From contig CM059434.1 of assembly GCA_030390025.1 (NCBI GenBank), positions 131,440,001 to 131,504,000 of the forward strand: 64,000 nucleotides of DNA, read 5' to 3'. Positions 24,101 through 39,100 of this stretch are shown piece by piece. Below the pieces are notes generated by a model. It was not told where the DNA came from, did not search any database, and saw only the letters and a program-made list of their open reading frames with translations. Numbering within the stretch: position 1 is the stretch's first letter; every line of letters begins with the position of its first letter. The translations under genes and the position numbers were made by a program. Source of the DNA: Squalus acanthias (lineage: Eukaryota).

Positions 24101-27100
24101 TAATTTTTTCGAGGCTTCTCATTACAGGAGTAATGTTGTCCAGAACACTGAGCGACCCACCTGCTTTACTCTAAATAGAACCATGGGATCTTTAACATCC
24201 ATCCGAAGCATCAGAGCAGGGACCTTGTTTCTTTCTTTCACAATTTATAATATATTCTAGACAACATGGCACGGGCTCGACAGGCCGAATGGCCTTCTTC
24301 CGTGTTGTAACCATTCTACATTTCTATGATAACAGCAAAATTGAAAGACCTAGGAGTCTTAGATTCAACACTCAACGTGCCCAACCAATGCCATCAACTA
24401 ACTATGGGATCTTTAACATCCTCCTAAATCACTAGATCTCAATTTAGTGTCTCATCCAAAGGAATGCACCTTCATGGGTTCATGAACTGCATGCTTTGTT
24501 GGTACACCCACGGTGTCTGATTTTGCTCTTGGCAGTTAGTTTTCTGATAGACTTTACAAGGCTTCAAAAAGACAGCAAAGAACGAAGGGTTTGATTCTGA
24601 ACAAGATCTAATATACAAGAAATGGGGAGGAAATCACTTGACCAAAATAGTGATGCACAGGTGTGAATTTCTTAAAAGGGGCAGTCTCCTTTCGTGATTA
24701 TTTTTCTCCATGGATGATGGCAAATGTTAACCATATTTGATTGCTGAATTTCTTTCAAAGAACGAAGACCATGTGCCAGAAATGACTTGCTGATGTTAGT
24801 TGATAACACTCAACATATCCATGGGACATTCCTCTTTCTGTTTTAGTGGAGACAATAGCCCATTTAAAATAAATGTAACACCTGTATTAAAATGGTGAAA
24901 TGGGCGAATGTGTGAAGTATTGTCCACTGAAGCCACCACCAGTCCTTTTTCAGGCCCATGCCTGAGGTTGGTAATATAATGTCTACCCCACAAGCAAATT
25001 CACCTTTGGTTGGACCGCAATAAGCCTTCATAGAATCATAGAATAGTACAGCACAGAAGGAGGCCATTCGGCCCATCGAGTCTTTTGAAGAGCAATCCCG
25101 TTATTCCCACTCATCCGCTCTTTTCCATATCCCTGCAATATTTTCTCCTTCAAGTATTTATCCAATTTCCTTTTGAAGGCTGCTACTGAATCACCACCAC
25201 CACCCGATCAGGCAGTGCATTCCAAATCCTAACCATACGTTGCGCAAAAATGTTTTCCCTCATGTCGCCTCTGGTTCTTTTGCAAATCTGTGTCTTCTGG
25301 TAACCCTCCAGCCATTGGAAACAGTTTCTCTTTATTTACTCTAACTAAACCCTTCATGATTTTAAACACCTCTAGCAAATCTCCCCTTAGACTTCTCTGC
25401 TCTAAGGAGAACAAATCCAGCTACTCCAGTCTATCGACGTTACTGTAATCTCTTATCCCAGGAACCACTCCAGTAAATCTCTTCTGTAACCTCTCCAAAG
25501 CCTTCACGTCCTTTCTTACTTACACGAGCAGAAAGATTTAATTATCAGATAAAACAGTTGAACACATTACCTTGTAGGAGGGCATCAGTTGACAGGAGTG
25601 GTGTTTCTAGAGAAAAAAAAATGTAGTGACTGTTAGTTATAGGATAAATAAAGACAGTGATTGGACCTGATGTCTATTGATAGGAATTTATTTATTTGTG
25701 AATAAAACCTAACATTAGCCCAATACGGAACTTATAGCTCCTACCAAACAACAACAAACCTAAAAGCAATAGCCACTGTTTTTAAAGGTCATGAAAAACA
25801 AGCAAAGGTTATTATTATACTCTCGTATTTAGGATTGCAGCTTATTATCCTCATCTACAAGCTCCTCTATGACCTCGCTCCTCTCTGCCTTTCCAACCTC
25901 CCCAAGCCTTACGAGGGTGAAATTGGTCTCAGGCAATAGCGCAGAATGGGAGATAGCGAATTGTAAGCCTGTTTTATATCCCATTTGAATTTCTTTTCCA
26001 TTAAACCAGAGACCAATTTCATCCCAGCATCATCCACTTATCCAACTCTGGTCTACTGTGTGTTCCCCCTCTCTCTATTCCAACCATAAATGGCAGGGCC
26101 TTCAGCCATCTCACCCCAAACGCTTAAACTCCCCATAAACTCCTCTGCCTTCCTTCATCCTTTCCCACCTTCAAAAGCCTCCGGAAGATCCCAGCTCTTT
26201 CACTACCTGTTCAGTCACTTCTCCTCATTCTCCTACTCCAACTTGGATCTGACCACCAACTGTAGAGTGCCTTGGGACTCTTTCCTATGTTAAAGGTGCC
26301 ATAGAAATGTAAGCTGCTGTAATAAAAGCCTCCTGTGCAGACATTATAGACGTCTTGGGATACTGTTTGGTGACACTGAGAACTAGCTCAGCCCTGGAAC
26401 ACATGACTTGTCAAATCATTTTACAGTAAAGTTACGAGATGGAGATTAAGTCGATAAATACAGTAACACAAGATAGGTAGACTAACAGGAATAGAAGTTG
26501 TGAAAATTCAACAATCACATCACCTATTAATAAAAGATCTGATAATAAACCTATTCTAACATCAATGACAGTTTTCACACACAATGTGGACACTGGGAAT
26601 CATTATGTTCCAGATTTGCTTCTGTTGATGAAAACAAGCAGCTATTCTTAATTACTTGACTTACTTTCAGTGCTAAAGTTTTGTCCTTTTCTGTTTTTGA
26701 TTTTCCAAATTCCAATTCCAGTTGCAACAGCTCCAACGAGAACTACACAAATGATCAGCACTGAGATTCTGCTTCTTCCTTTTGCGGTTGGATCTTTTGG
26801 GCCATTTCCAATCCATGGTGTATCTGAAGTATCAGGACAAGCATAACATGACATTTGAGAAAGGTTCTTCAGGGAACGGAGCCAGCAGAGGATCACAATC
26901 GCTTTCTTGCTGTGAAGTGCTTCCATCACTAAACAATTTCCAGCTGTCCCCTGCCGACCTCGAGACACTTGACTTTTTCCAATCATTTTACACTAAACCT
27001 CTAACAGACGGAAGCTGCTGATCAATGGGATTGATTACAATTCAGACAGATTTTTTAAATTCACGATTGGATTAAAATTATTCTTCACAAATCATAAATC

Positions 27101-30100
27101 ACAAACATAATACAATAAAGGCACCGCTTTTAGTTTGTATATTTTCATCAAAATGTGACCATTTATGAAGGCATCCTATTAACTCCCACAACTCATTGCT
27201 CACACTCCTTATTTTCCTCCAAATCATCAGTCCTCTACATGAAAGGGTTTCCAAATGCTGTAGTTATTATTCAGAAGGCTTGAATATGGTTATTGTTCGG
27301 AAACAGGATTGGGAATTGACATCCTAAGCTCGAAAAGTGGAGAACGAGTCGGATTCAGGAGAGATGATTGAGCACCACTGCTGTCAATTCAGGGGGTGGA
27401 GGAAATAACACTGTCTTTAAATTACAGAGTTTTCGATGAGCACAAGTTTATTGAGAGTGCAAAGCCGGCCAGGAGAGAATTGGAATAGTCGAGACTGGAG
27501 GTAACAAAAGCATGGATGGAGGTAGCAGATGGCTGAGGCAGGGGTGGAGACAGACGATATTACGGAAGTGGAAGTAGCTGGTCTTTGTGATGTTTGAATG
27601 CTAATATCAGGCAGCAAAATTTCAATACCATTGAGTATAAGTTACTGCTATGGATTAATGGGCTGCACTCAGAATTTTATAATCAAGTCTAGTTTCTATT
27701 TATAATATATTAAATACCTGCAGAAGGAAACAGCTGCTCTAAAAACAAACAACATGGATCACGCAGAAGGTCAAAATTGTTAGGCTAATTGAAGGAACTC
27801 AATCTCGGAGTGGGAGCAAGTATATTTGTGCCAGTTGTGGGTCACAACATACAATATGATCGAACAAAAGAGAGAAAATTCTACTAAGGAATTTAGAATG
27901 AAACTGTTAACAGGATTATATGTCAGCAAGCAGAACGCTGAAAAACAAAGGGCTGGGTTTTGTCAGCCCCGAGGAGGCGGGTATGGAGGCAGGGACTGCC
28001 GGTAAAGTTGCAGAATTTGGGGGCGGGTCCCATCCCGCCTCCGTGCCCTCTTGCCAGGAGGCGGGAAGCCGTCCGGCCCCGGGTCCCGTCTCCTCAAGGT
28101 GGGAAAGGGATTAAAGCCTATTAACTGCCTGCTAACAGTTAGTTAACAGGCAGAAAATAGGATTATTCCCATTTTACCTTTCCGAGTGCAGGCTTCCTGA
28201 CCTCGGGGAACCCTGCCAGGGTGGAGGAGACGAGTAGGAGGTCTGCGGGGGTCGGAGGGGTCTGAAAGTGCGATGTAGAGGTGAGTGATGGGTGCAAGTG
28301 TGGAGTGGTAAGTATGTAAGGTGAGTGTAAAGTGTTAGAAAATGTTCACTTACCTTTGTTTCTGCCTACAGCCTTCAGCCGCTGAGTAGCCGGAGTCCCA
28401 ACATCTCCATTGTAGATTTCACAGACTGGCTGTTGGATCCTCCGAACCAGCAGCCAGGTGATTTCTGCAAAGTTGAAAGGTTTGATGAGTCCTGAACACA
28501 AGGACTCATCAAACTACACAGAATGTCAGTGTTTGACAGCTTCACAGAGCTGTCAAACGATGACATTTCTTCTTTCAAAAAATCTTGACAGATGGCACGT
28601 CATACATTGACGTGCTCTGTCAATGACTTCCCCCTAATTGGCCTGCTGAGCCCGCTGGGCGGGCTTAACAAGGTCAATCAGGGGAGAATGCCGCTGGTTG
28701 GCCAGAAGCTGATGGAGGCGGGATTGAAAGCCGACAAGCAGCAGTCCCGCCTCCAAAAGCTTCCCATTGACAAAATCCAGCCCTAAATGTTGCACTACTC
28801 CGGGAGAGCTATAATTAGGGACAGATTTATTGAATGTTCTCTCCACCAGCAGTTTCTTGTGCCACTAGTCCAATCATTTTACATTACCTCAAAATATTTC
28901 ACTCAAGAATTTTGACCAGAATGATCACTAAATACATCCAGTGAAAACTAAACCATGCGTGTGGCGATGTTTATTTCAGCAGCAACCCGACTTTTGGTGT
29001 AATTATTCATAAGTTTCCATAGTTAATTATTGTAGCATTGATATCCTACTGCATAACGTCAATTGAACCTACTGTTAAGGAGCACATCTCACTAAAATAT
29101 AATTTTCATAACCGCAGGATTGTCACTAATTTGTACAAACTAGCTACATTGATATTTATAAACCTTGCTCACCAAGCACTTTCAGTTCCACCACGTTCCT
29201 GGTGTGTCCGCTCCTGTCCTCCTGAATCACATAGCACGTGTAGCTCCCTGTATCTGATGCAGTGACTCCTTTTAGTTTAAGAGTCGCATTCCCTTTGGGG
29301 AATTCCCGGGGAAACAGTTCCGTTCGTCCCCTGAATGCTGGGTCCTGATACTCCGGACGGTCCGCCTCATTGTAGAAGCTGTGAACCACTGTGTGACTGT
29401 CTGTCTGCTGCCAGTTAACGACAAGATCCTGCAGATTCAACCTGGCTGCAGCAGGAAAGGTGGCGAGCAGCAACACGTCTTCACCTGAGACTCCGTATGC
29501 TCGAGAGAAAGCTGCTGTTCCTAAAGAATCATAGACATTGTGTGAAGCAGAGGCTTCTTTTAGACATCTTGCCTAGTTGTAATGTGAAACCGAGTGTCAC
29601 TAGTTTCAATCTGTTGACCTGACGACCCAGCCCGATACAGCAGCCGTCAAATCTCCATCAAGCATTGATGCAGTTTGAGGAAGAGAGCAGCTTTTAGCAT
29701 CTTCCAGAACGACTGCTGAGGAGGCGTAACAATCAGAGTTTGAACTACAAGCTGAAGACAGCCAGAAGAAGATTCACGGGTGCTAGGACAGACCACTACG
29801 TCCAGTACTTCACAGGAGGAAGGGAGAGGGAAACTGTCGAGGTCAGCTAAACCCTTGTCTGGCCCATCGACAGAATTATTTTTTTATTATTCATTTATGG
29901 GATGTGGGCGTCGCCGGCAAGGCCAGCATTTATTGCCCATCCCTAATTGCCCTCGAGAAGGTGGTGGTGAGCCGCCTTCTTGAACCGCTGCAGTCCGTGT
30001 GGTGAAGGTACTCCCACAGTGCTGTTAAATATACCTACATGTCATTGATGGTGAGCACAGAAAACAGTGCCACTGGATTATTAAAACTGTGCCCCCTGGA

Positions 30101-33100
30101 TTATTAAAACAGTGCCCCCTGGATTATTAAAACAGTGCCCCCTGGATTATTAAAACAGTGCCCCCTGGATTATTAAAACTGTGCCCCCCTGGATTATTAA
30201 AACTGTGCCCCCTGGATTATTAAAACTGTGCCCCCTGGATTATTAAAACAGTGCCCCTGGATTATTAAAACTGTGCCCCCTGGATTATTAAAACAGTGCC
30301 CCTGGATTATTAAAACTGTGCCCCCTGGATTATTAAAACTGTGCCCCTGGATTATTAAAACTGTGCCCCCCTGGATTATGAAAACTGTGCCCCTGGATTA
30401 TTAAAACTGTGTCCCCGGGATTATTAAAACTGTGCCACTGGATTATTAAAACTGTGCCCCCTGGATTATGAAAACTGTGCCCCTGGATTATTAAAACTGT
30501 GCCCCCCTGGATTATTAAAACGGTGCCCCCTGGATTATTAAAACTGCGCCCCCTGGATTATTAAAACTGCGCCCCCTGGATTATTAAAACTGTGCCCCCC
30601 TGGATTATTAAAACTGTGCCCCCTGGATTATTAAAACTGTGCCCCCTGGATTATTAAAACTGTGCCCCCTGGATTATTAAAACTGTGCCCCCTGGATTAT
30701 TAAAACTGTGCCCCCCTGGATTATTAAAACTGTGCCCCCTGGATTATTAAAACTGTGCCCCCCTGGATTATTAAAACTGTGCCCCCTGGATTATTAAAAC
30801 TGTGCCCCCTGGATTATTAAAACTGTGCCCCCTGGATTATTAAAACTGTGCCCCCTGGATTATTAAAACTGTGCCCCCTGGATTATTAAAACTGTGCCCC
30901 CTGGATTATTAAAACTGTGCCCCCTGGATTATTAAAACTGTGCCCCCTGGATTATTAAAACTGTGCCCCCTGGATTATTAAAACTGTGCCCCCCTGGATT
31001 ATTAAAACTGTGCCCCCTGGATTATTAAAACTGTGCCCCCTGGATTATTAAAACTGTGCCCCCCTGGATTATTAAAACTGTGCCCCCCTGGATTATTAAA
31101 ACTGTGCCCCCTGGATTATTAAAACTGTGCCCCCTGGATTATTAAAACTGTGCCCCCTGGATTATTAAAACTGTGCCCCCTGGATTATTAAAACTGTGCC
31201 CCCCTGGATTATTAAAACTGTGCCCCCTGGATTATTAAAACTGTGCCCCCTGGATTATTAAAACTGTGCCCCCTGGATTATTAAAACTGTGCCCCCCTGG
31301 ATTATTAAAACTGTGCCCCCTGGATTATTAAAACTGTGCCCCCCCTGGATTATTAAAACTGTGCCCCCTGGATTATTAAAACTGTGCCCCCTGGATTATT
31401 AAAACTGTGCCCCCTGGATTATTAAAACTGTGCCCCCTGGATTATTAAAACTGTGCCCCCTGGATTATTAAAACTGTGCCCCCTGGATTATTAAAACTGT
31501 GCCCCCTGGATTATTAAAACTGTGCCCCCTGGATTATTAAAACTGTGCCCCTGGATTATTAAAACTGTGCCCCCTGGATTATTAAAACTGTGCCCCCCTG
31601 GATTATTAAAACTGTGCCCCCTGGATTATTAAAACTGTGCCCCCTGGATTATTAAAACTGTGCCCCCTGGATTATTAAAACTGTGCCCCCTGGATTATTA
31701 AAACTGTGCCCCCTGGATTATTAAAACTGTGCCCCCTGGATTATTAAAACTGTGCCCCCCTGGATTATTAAAACTGTGCCCCCTGGATTATTAAAACTGT
31801 GCCCCCTGGATTATTAAAACTGTGCCCCCTGGATTATTAAAACTGTGCCCCCTGGATTATTAAAACTGTGCCCCCTGGATTATTAAAACTGTGCCCCCTG
31901 GATTATTAAAACTGTGCCCCCTGGATTATTAAAACTGTGCCCCCTGGATTATTAAAACTGTGCCCCCTGGATTATTAAAACTGTGCCCCCTGGATTATTA
32001 AAACTGTGCCCCCTGGATTATTAAAACTGTGCCCCCTGGATTATTAAAACTGTGCCCCCTGGATTATTAAAACTGTGCCCCCCCTGGATTATTAAAACTG
32101 TGCCCCCTGGATTATTAAAACTGTGCCCCCTGGATTATTAAAACTGTGCCCCCCTGGATTATTAAAACTGTGCCCCCTGGATTATTAAAACTGTGCCCCC
32201 TGGATTATTAAAACTGTGCCCCCTGGATTATTAAAACTGTGCCCCCTGGATTATTAAAACTGTGCCCCCTGGATTATTAAAACTGTGCCCCCCTGGATTA
32301 TTAAAACTGTGCCCCCCTGGATTATTAAAACTGTGCCCCCCTGGATTATTAAAACTGTGCCCCCCTGGATTATTAAAACTGTGCCCCCTGGATTATTAAA
32401 ACTGTGCCCCCTGGATTATTAAAACTGTGCCCCCTGGATTATTAAAACTGTGCCCCCTGGATTATTAAAACTGTGCCCCCCTGGATTATTAAAACTGTGC
32501 CCCCCTGGATTATTAAAACTGTGCCCCCTGGATTATTAAAACTGTGCCCCCTGGATTATTAAAACTGTGCCCCCTGGATTATTAAAACTGTGCCCCCTGG
32601 ATTATTAAAACTGTGCCCCCTGGATTATTAAAACTGTGCCCCCCTGGATTATTAAAACTGTGCCCCTGGATTATTAAAACTGTGCCCCCTGGATTATTAA
32701 AACTGTGCCCCCTGGATTATTAAAACTGTGCCCCCCCTGGATTATTAAAACTGTGCCCCCTGGATTATTAAAACTGTGCCCCCTGGATTATTAAAACTGT
32801 GCCCCCTGGATTATTAAAACAGTGCCCCCTGGATTATTAAAACTGTGCCCCCTGGATTATTAAAACTGTGCCCCCTGGATTATTAAAACTGTGCCCCCTG
32901 GATTATTAAAACTGTGCCCCCTGGATTATTAAAACTGTGCCCCCTGGATTATTAAAACTGTGCCCCCTGGATTATTAAAACTGTGCCCCCTGGATTATTA
33001 AAACTGTGCCCCCCTGGATTATTAAAACTGTGCCCCCCTGGATTATTAAAACTGTGCCCCCTGGATTATTAAAACTGTGCCCCTGGATTATTAAAACTGT

Positions 33101-36100
33101 GCCCCCTGGATTATTAAAACTGTGCCCCTGGATTATTAAAACTGTGCCCCCCTGGATTATTAAAACGGTGCCCCCTGGATTATTAAAACTGTGCCCCCTG
33201 GATTATTAAAACTGTGCCCCCTGGATTATTAAAACTGTGCCCCCCTGGATTATTAAAACTGTGCCCCCTGGATTATTAAAACTGTGCCCCCTGGATTATT
33301 AAAACTGTGCCCCCTGGATTATTAAAACTGTGCCCCCTGGATTATTAAAACTGTGCCCCCTGGATTATTAAAACTGTGCCCCCTGGATTATTAAAACTGT
33401 GCCCCCCTGGATTATTAAAACTGTGCCCCCTGGATTATTAAAACTGTGCCCCCTGGATTATTAAAACTGTGCCCCCTGGATTATTAAAACTGTGCCCCCT
33501 GGATTATTAAAACTGTGCCCCCTGGATTATTAAAACAGTGCCCCCTGGATTATTAAAACTGTGCCCCCTGGATTATTAAAACTGTGCCCCCTGGATTATT
33601 AAAACTGTGCCCCCTGGATTATTAAAACTGTGCCCCCTGGATTATTAAAACTGTGCCCCCTGGATTATTAAAACTGTGCCCCCTGGATTATTAAAACTGT
33701 GCCCCCCTGGATTATTAAAACTGTGCCCCCCCTGGATTATTAAAACTGTGCCCCCTGGATTATTAAAACTGTGCCCCCTGGATTATTAAAACTGTGCCCC
33801 CTGGATTATTAAAACTGTGCCCCCTGGATTATTAAAACTGTGCCCCCCTGGATTATTAAAACTGTGCCCCCTGGATTATTAAAACTGTGCCCCCTGGATT
33901 ATTAAAACTGTGCCCCCTGGATTATTAAAACTGTGCCCCCCTGGATTATTAAAACTGTGCCCCCTGGATTATTAAAACTGTGCCCCCCCCTGGATTATTA
34001 AAACTGTGCCCCCTGGATTATTAAAACTGTGCCCCCTGGATTATTAAAACTGTGCCCCCTGGATTATTAAAACTGTGCCCCCTGGATTATTAAAACTGTG
34101 CCCCCTGGATTATTAAAACTGTGCCCCCTGGATTATTAAAACTGTGCCCCCTGGATTATTAAAACTGTGCCCCCTGGATTATTAAAACTGTGCCCCCTGG
34201 ATTATTAAAACAGTGCCCCTGGATTATTAAAACTGTGCCCCCTGGATTACTAAAACAGTGCCCCCCTGGATTATTAAAACTGTGCCCCCTGGATTATTAA
34301 AACTGTGCCCCCTGGATTATTAAAACTGTGCCCCCTGGATTATTAAAACTGTGCCCCCTGGATTATTAAAACAGTGCCCCTGGATTATTAAAACTGTGCC
34401 CCCTGGATTACTAAAACAGTGCCCCCCTGGATTATTAAAACTGTGCCCACTGGATTATTAAAACGGTGCCCCCTGGATTATTAAAACTGTGCCCCCTGGA
34501 TTATTAAAACTGTGCCCCCTGGATTATTAAAACTGTGCCCCCTGGATTATTAATACAGTGCCCCCTGGATTATTAAAACTGTGCCCCCTGGATTATTAAA
34601 ACTGTGCCCCCTGGATTATTAAAACAGTGCCCCCTGGATTATTAAAACTGTGCCCCCTGGATTATTAAAACTGTGCCCCCTGGATTATTAAAACTGTGCC
34701 CCCTGGATTATTAAAACAGTGCCCCCTGGATTATTAAAACTGTGCCCCCCCGGATTATTAAAACTGTGCCCCCTGATTATTAAAACTGTGCCCCCTGGAT
34801 TATTAAAACTGTGCCCCCCGGATTATTAAAACTGTGCCCCCTGGATTATTAAAACTGTGCCCCCTGGATTATTAAAACAGTGCCCCCTGGATTATTAAAA
34901 CAGTGCCCCCTGGATTATTAAAACTGTGCCCCCTGGATTATGAAAACTGTGCCCCCTGGATTATTAAAACTGTGCCCCCCTGGATTATTAAAACTGTGCC
35001 CCCCTGGATTATTAAAACTGTGCCCCCCTGGATTATTAAAACTGTGCCCCCTGGATTATTAAAACTGTGCCCCCTGGATTATTAAAACTGTGCCCCCTGG
35101 ATTATTAAAACTGTGCCCCCTGGATTATTAAAACTGTGCCCCCCTGGATTATTAAAACAGTGCCCCCTGGATTATTAAAACTGTGCCCCCCTGGATTATT
35201 AAAACAGTGCCCCTGGATTATTAAAACTGTGCCCCCTGGATTATTAAAACTGTGCCCCCTGGATTATTAAAACTGTGCCCCCCCCTGGATTATTAAAACT
35301 GTGACCCCTGGATTATTAAAACAGTGCCCCCTGGATTATTAAAACAGTGCCCCCTGGATTATTAAAACAGTGCCCCCTGGATTATTAAAACTGTGCCCCC
35401 TGGATTATTAAAACTGTGCCCCCTGGATTATTAAAACAGTGCCCCCTGGATTATTAAAACAGTGCCCCCTGGATTATTAAAACTGTGGCCCCTGGATTAT
35501 TAAAACTGTGTCCACTGGATTATTAAAACTGTGCCCCCTGGATTATTAAAACAGTGCCCCCCTGGATTATTAAAACAGTGCCCCCCTGGATTATTAAAAC
35601 TGTGTCCACTGGATTATGAAAACTGTGCCCCCTGGATTATTAAAACTGTGCCCCTGGATTATTAAAACTGTGCCCCCTGGATTATTAAAACTGTGCCCCT
35701 GGATTATTAAAACTGTGCCCCCTGGATTATTAAAACTGTGCCCCCTGGATTATTAAAACTGTGCCCCCTGGATTATTAAAACTGTGCCCCCTGGATTATT
35801 AAAACTGTGCCCCCTGGATTATTAAAACTGTGCCCCCTGGATTATTAAAACTGTGCCCCCTGGATTATTAAAACTGTGCCCCTGGATTATTAAAACTGTG
35901 CCCCCTGGATTATTAAAACTGTGCCCCCTGGATTATTAAAACAGTGCCCCCTGGATTATTAAAACTGTGCCCCTGGATTATTAAAACTGTGCCCCCCTGG
36001 ATTATTAAAACTGTGCCCCCCTGGATTATTAAAACAGGGTCCCCTGGATTATTAAAACTGTGCCCCCCTGGATTATTAAAACTGTGCCCCCTGGATTATT

Positions 36101-39100
36101 AAAACAGTGCCCCCTGGATTATTAAAACTGTGCCCCTGGATTATTAAAACTGTGCCCCTGGATTATTAAAACTGTGCCCCCTGGATTATTAAAACTGTGC
36201 CCCCTGGATTATTAAAACGGTGCCCCCCTGGATTATTAAAACAGTGCCCCCTGGATTATTAAAACAGTGCCCCCTGGATTATTAAAACAGTGCCCCCTGG
36301 ATTATTAAAACTGTGCCCCCTGGATTATTAAAACTGTGCCCCCTGGATTATTAAAACTGTGCCCCCCTGGATTATTAAAACTGTGCCCCCCTGGATTATT
36401 AAAACTGTGCCCCCCTGGATTATTAAAACTGTGCCCCCTGGATTATTAAAACTGTGCCCCTGGATTATTAAAACTGTGCCCCCCTGGATTATTAAAACAG
36501 TGCCCCCTGGATTATTAAAACTGTGCCCCCTGGATTATTAAAACTGTGCCCCCTGGATTATTAAAACTGTGCCCCCTGGATTATTAAAACTGTGCCCCCT
36601 GGATTATTAAAACTGTGCCCCCTGTATTATTAAAACTGTGCCCCCTGGATTATTAAAATTGTGCCCCCTGGATTATTAAAACTGTGCCCCTGGATTATTA
36701 AAACAGTGCCCCCTGGATTATTAAAACAGTGCCCCCTGGATTATTAAAACTGTGCCCCCTGGATTATTAAAACGGTGCCCCCTGGATTATTAAAACTGTG
36801 CCCCCTGGATTATTAAAACAGTGCCCCCTGGATTATTAAAACAGTGCCCCCTGGATTATTAAAACAGTGCCCCCTGGATTATTAAAACTGTGCCCCCTGG
36901 ATTATTAAAACAGTGCCCCCTGGATTTTTAAAACTGTGCCCCCTGGATTATTAAAACTGTGCCCCCCTGGATTATTAAAACTGTGCCCCCTGGATTATTA
37001 AAACAGTGCCCCCTGGATTATTAAAACTGTGCCCCCCTGGATTATTAAAACTGTGCCCCCTGGATTATTAAAACTGTGCCCCCCTGGATTATTAAAACTG
37101 TGCCCCCTGGATTATTAAAACTGTGCCCCCTGGATTATTAAAACTGTGCCCCCCTGGATTATTAAAACTGTGCCCCCTGGATTATTAAAACTGTGCCCCC
37201 TGGATTATTAAAACTGTGCCCCCTGGATTATTAAAACTGTGCCCCCCCTGGATTATTAAAACTGTGCCCCCTGGATTATTAAAACTGTGCCCCCTGGATT
37301 ATTAAAACTGTGCCCCCTGGATTATTAAAACTGTGCCACCTGGATTATTAAAACTGTGCCCCCTGGATTATTAAAACTGTGCCCCCCCTGGATTATTAAA
37401 ACTGTGCCCCCTGGATTATTAAAACTGTGCCCCCTGGATTATTAAAACTGTGCCCCCTGGATTATTAAAACTGTGCCCCCTGGATTATTAAAACTGTGCC
37501 CCCTGGATTATTAAAACGGTGCCCCCCTGGATTATTAAAACTGTGCCCCCTGGATTATTAAAACTGTGCCCCCTGGATTATTAAAACTGTGCCCCCCTGG
37601 ATTATTAAAACTGTGCCCCCTGGATTATTAAAACTGTGCCCCCTGGATTATTAAAACGGTGTCCACTGGATTATTAAAACGGTGTCCACTGGATTATTAA
37701 AACTGTGCCCCCTGGATTATTAAAACACTGCCCCCTGGATTATTAAAACGGTGCCCCCCTGGATTATGAAAACTGTGCCCCCTGGATTATTAAAACAGTG
37801 CCCCCTGGATTATTAAAATACTGCCCCCTGGATTATTAAAACTGTGCCCCCTGGATTATTAAAACTGTGCCCCCTGGATTATTAAAACACTGCCCCTGGA
37901 TTATTAAAACTGTGCCCCCTGGATTATTAAAACTGTGCCCCCTGGATTATTAAAACTGTGCCCCCTGGATTATTAAAACTGTGCCCCCTGGATTATTAAA
38001 ACTGTGCCCCCTGGATTATTAAAACTGTGCCCCCTGGATTATTAAAACGGTGCCCCCTGGATTATTAAAACTGTGCCCCCTGGATTATTAAAACGGTGCC
38101 CCCTGGATTATTAAAACTGTGCCCCCTGGATTATTAAAACTGTGCCCCCTGGATTATTAAAACGGTGCCCCCTGGATTATTAAAACGGTGCCCCCTGGAT
38201 TATTAAAACGGTGCCCCCTGGATTATTAAAACGGTGCCCCCTGGATTATTAAAACTGTGCCCCCTGGATTATTAAAACTGTGCCCCCTGGATTATTAAAA
38301 CAGTGCCCGCTGGATTATTAAAACAGTGCCCCCCTGGATTATTAAAACTGTGCCCCCCTGGATTATGAAAACTGTGCCCCTGGATTATTAAAACTGTGCC
38401 CCTGGATTATTAAAACTGTGCCCCCTGGATTATTAAAACTGTGCCCCCTGGATTATTAAAACTGTGCCCCCTGGATTATTAAAACAGTGCCCCCTGGATT
38501 ATTAAAACTGTGCCCCCCTGGATTATTAAAACTGTGCCCCCTGGATTATTAAAACTGTGCCCCCTGGATTATTAAAACTGTGCCCCCTGGATTATTAAAA
38601 CTGTGCCCCCCCTGGATTATTAAAACTGTGCCCCCTGGATTATTAAAACTGTGCCCCCCTGGATTATTAAAACTGTGCCCCCCTGGATTATTAAAACTGT
38701 GCCCCCCTGGATTATTAAAACTGTGCCCCCCCCTGGATTATTAAAACTGTGCCCCCTGGATTATTAAAACTGTGCCCCCCCCCTGGATTATTAAAACTGT
38801 GCCCCCCTGGATTATTAAAACTGTGCCCCCTGGATTATTAAAACGGTGCCCCCCTGGATTATTAAAACTGTGCCCCCCCCTGGATTATTAAAACTGTGCC
38901 CCCCCCCTGGATTATTAAAACTGTGCCCCCCTGGATTATTAAAACTGTGCCCCCTGGATTATTAAAACGGTGCCCCCCTGGATTATTAAAACTGTGCCCC
39001 CCCCTGGATTATTAAAACTGTGACCCCTGGATTATTAAAACTGTGCCCCCTGGATTATTAAAACTGTGCCCCCCCCTGGATTATTAAAACTGTGCCCCCC

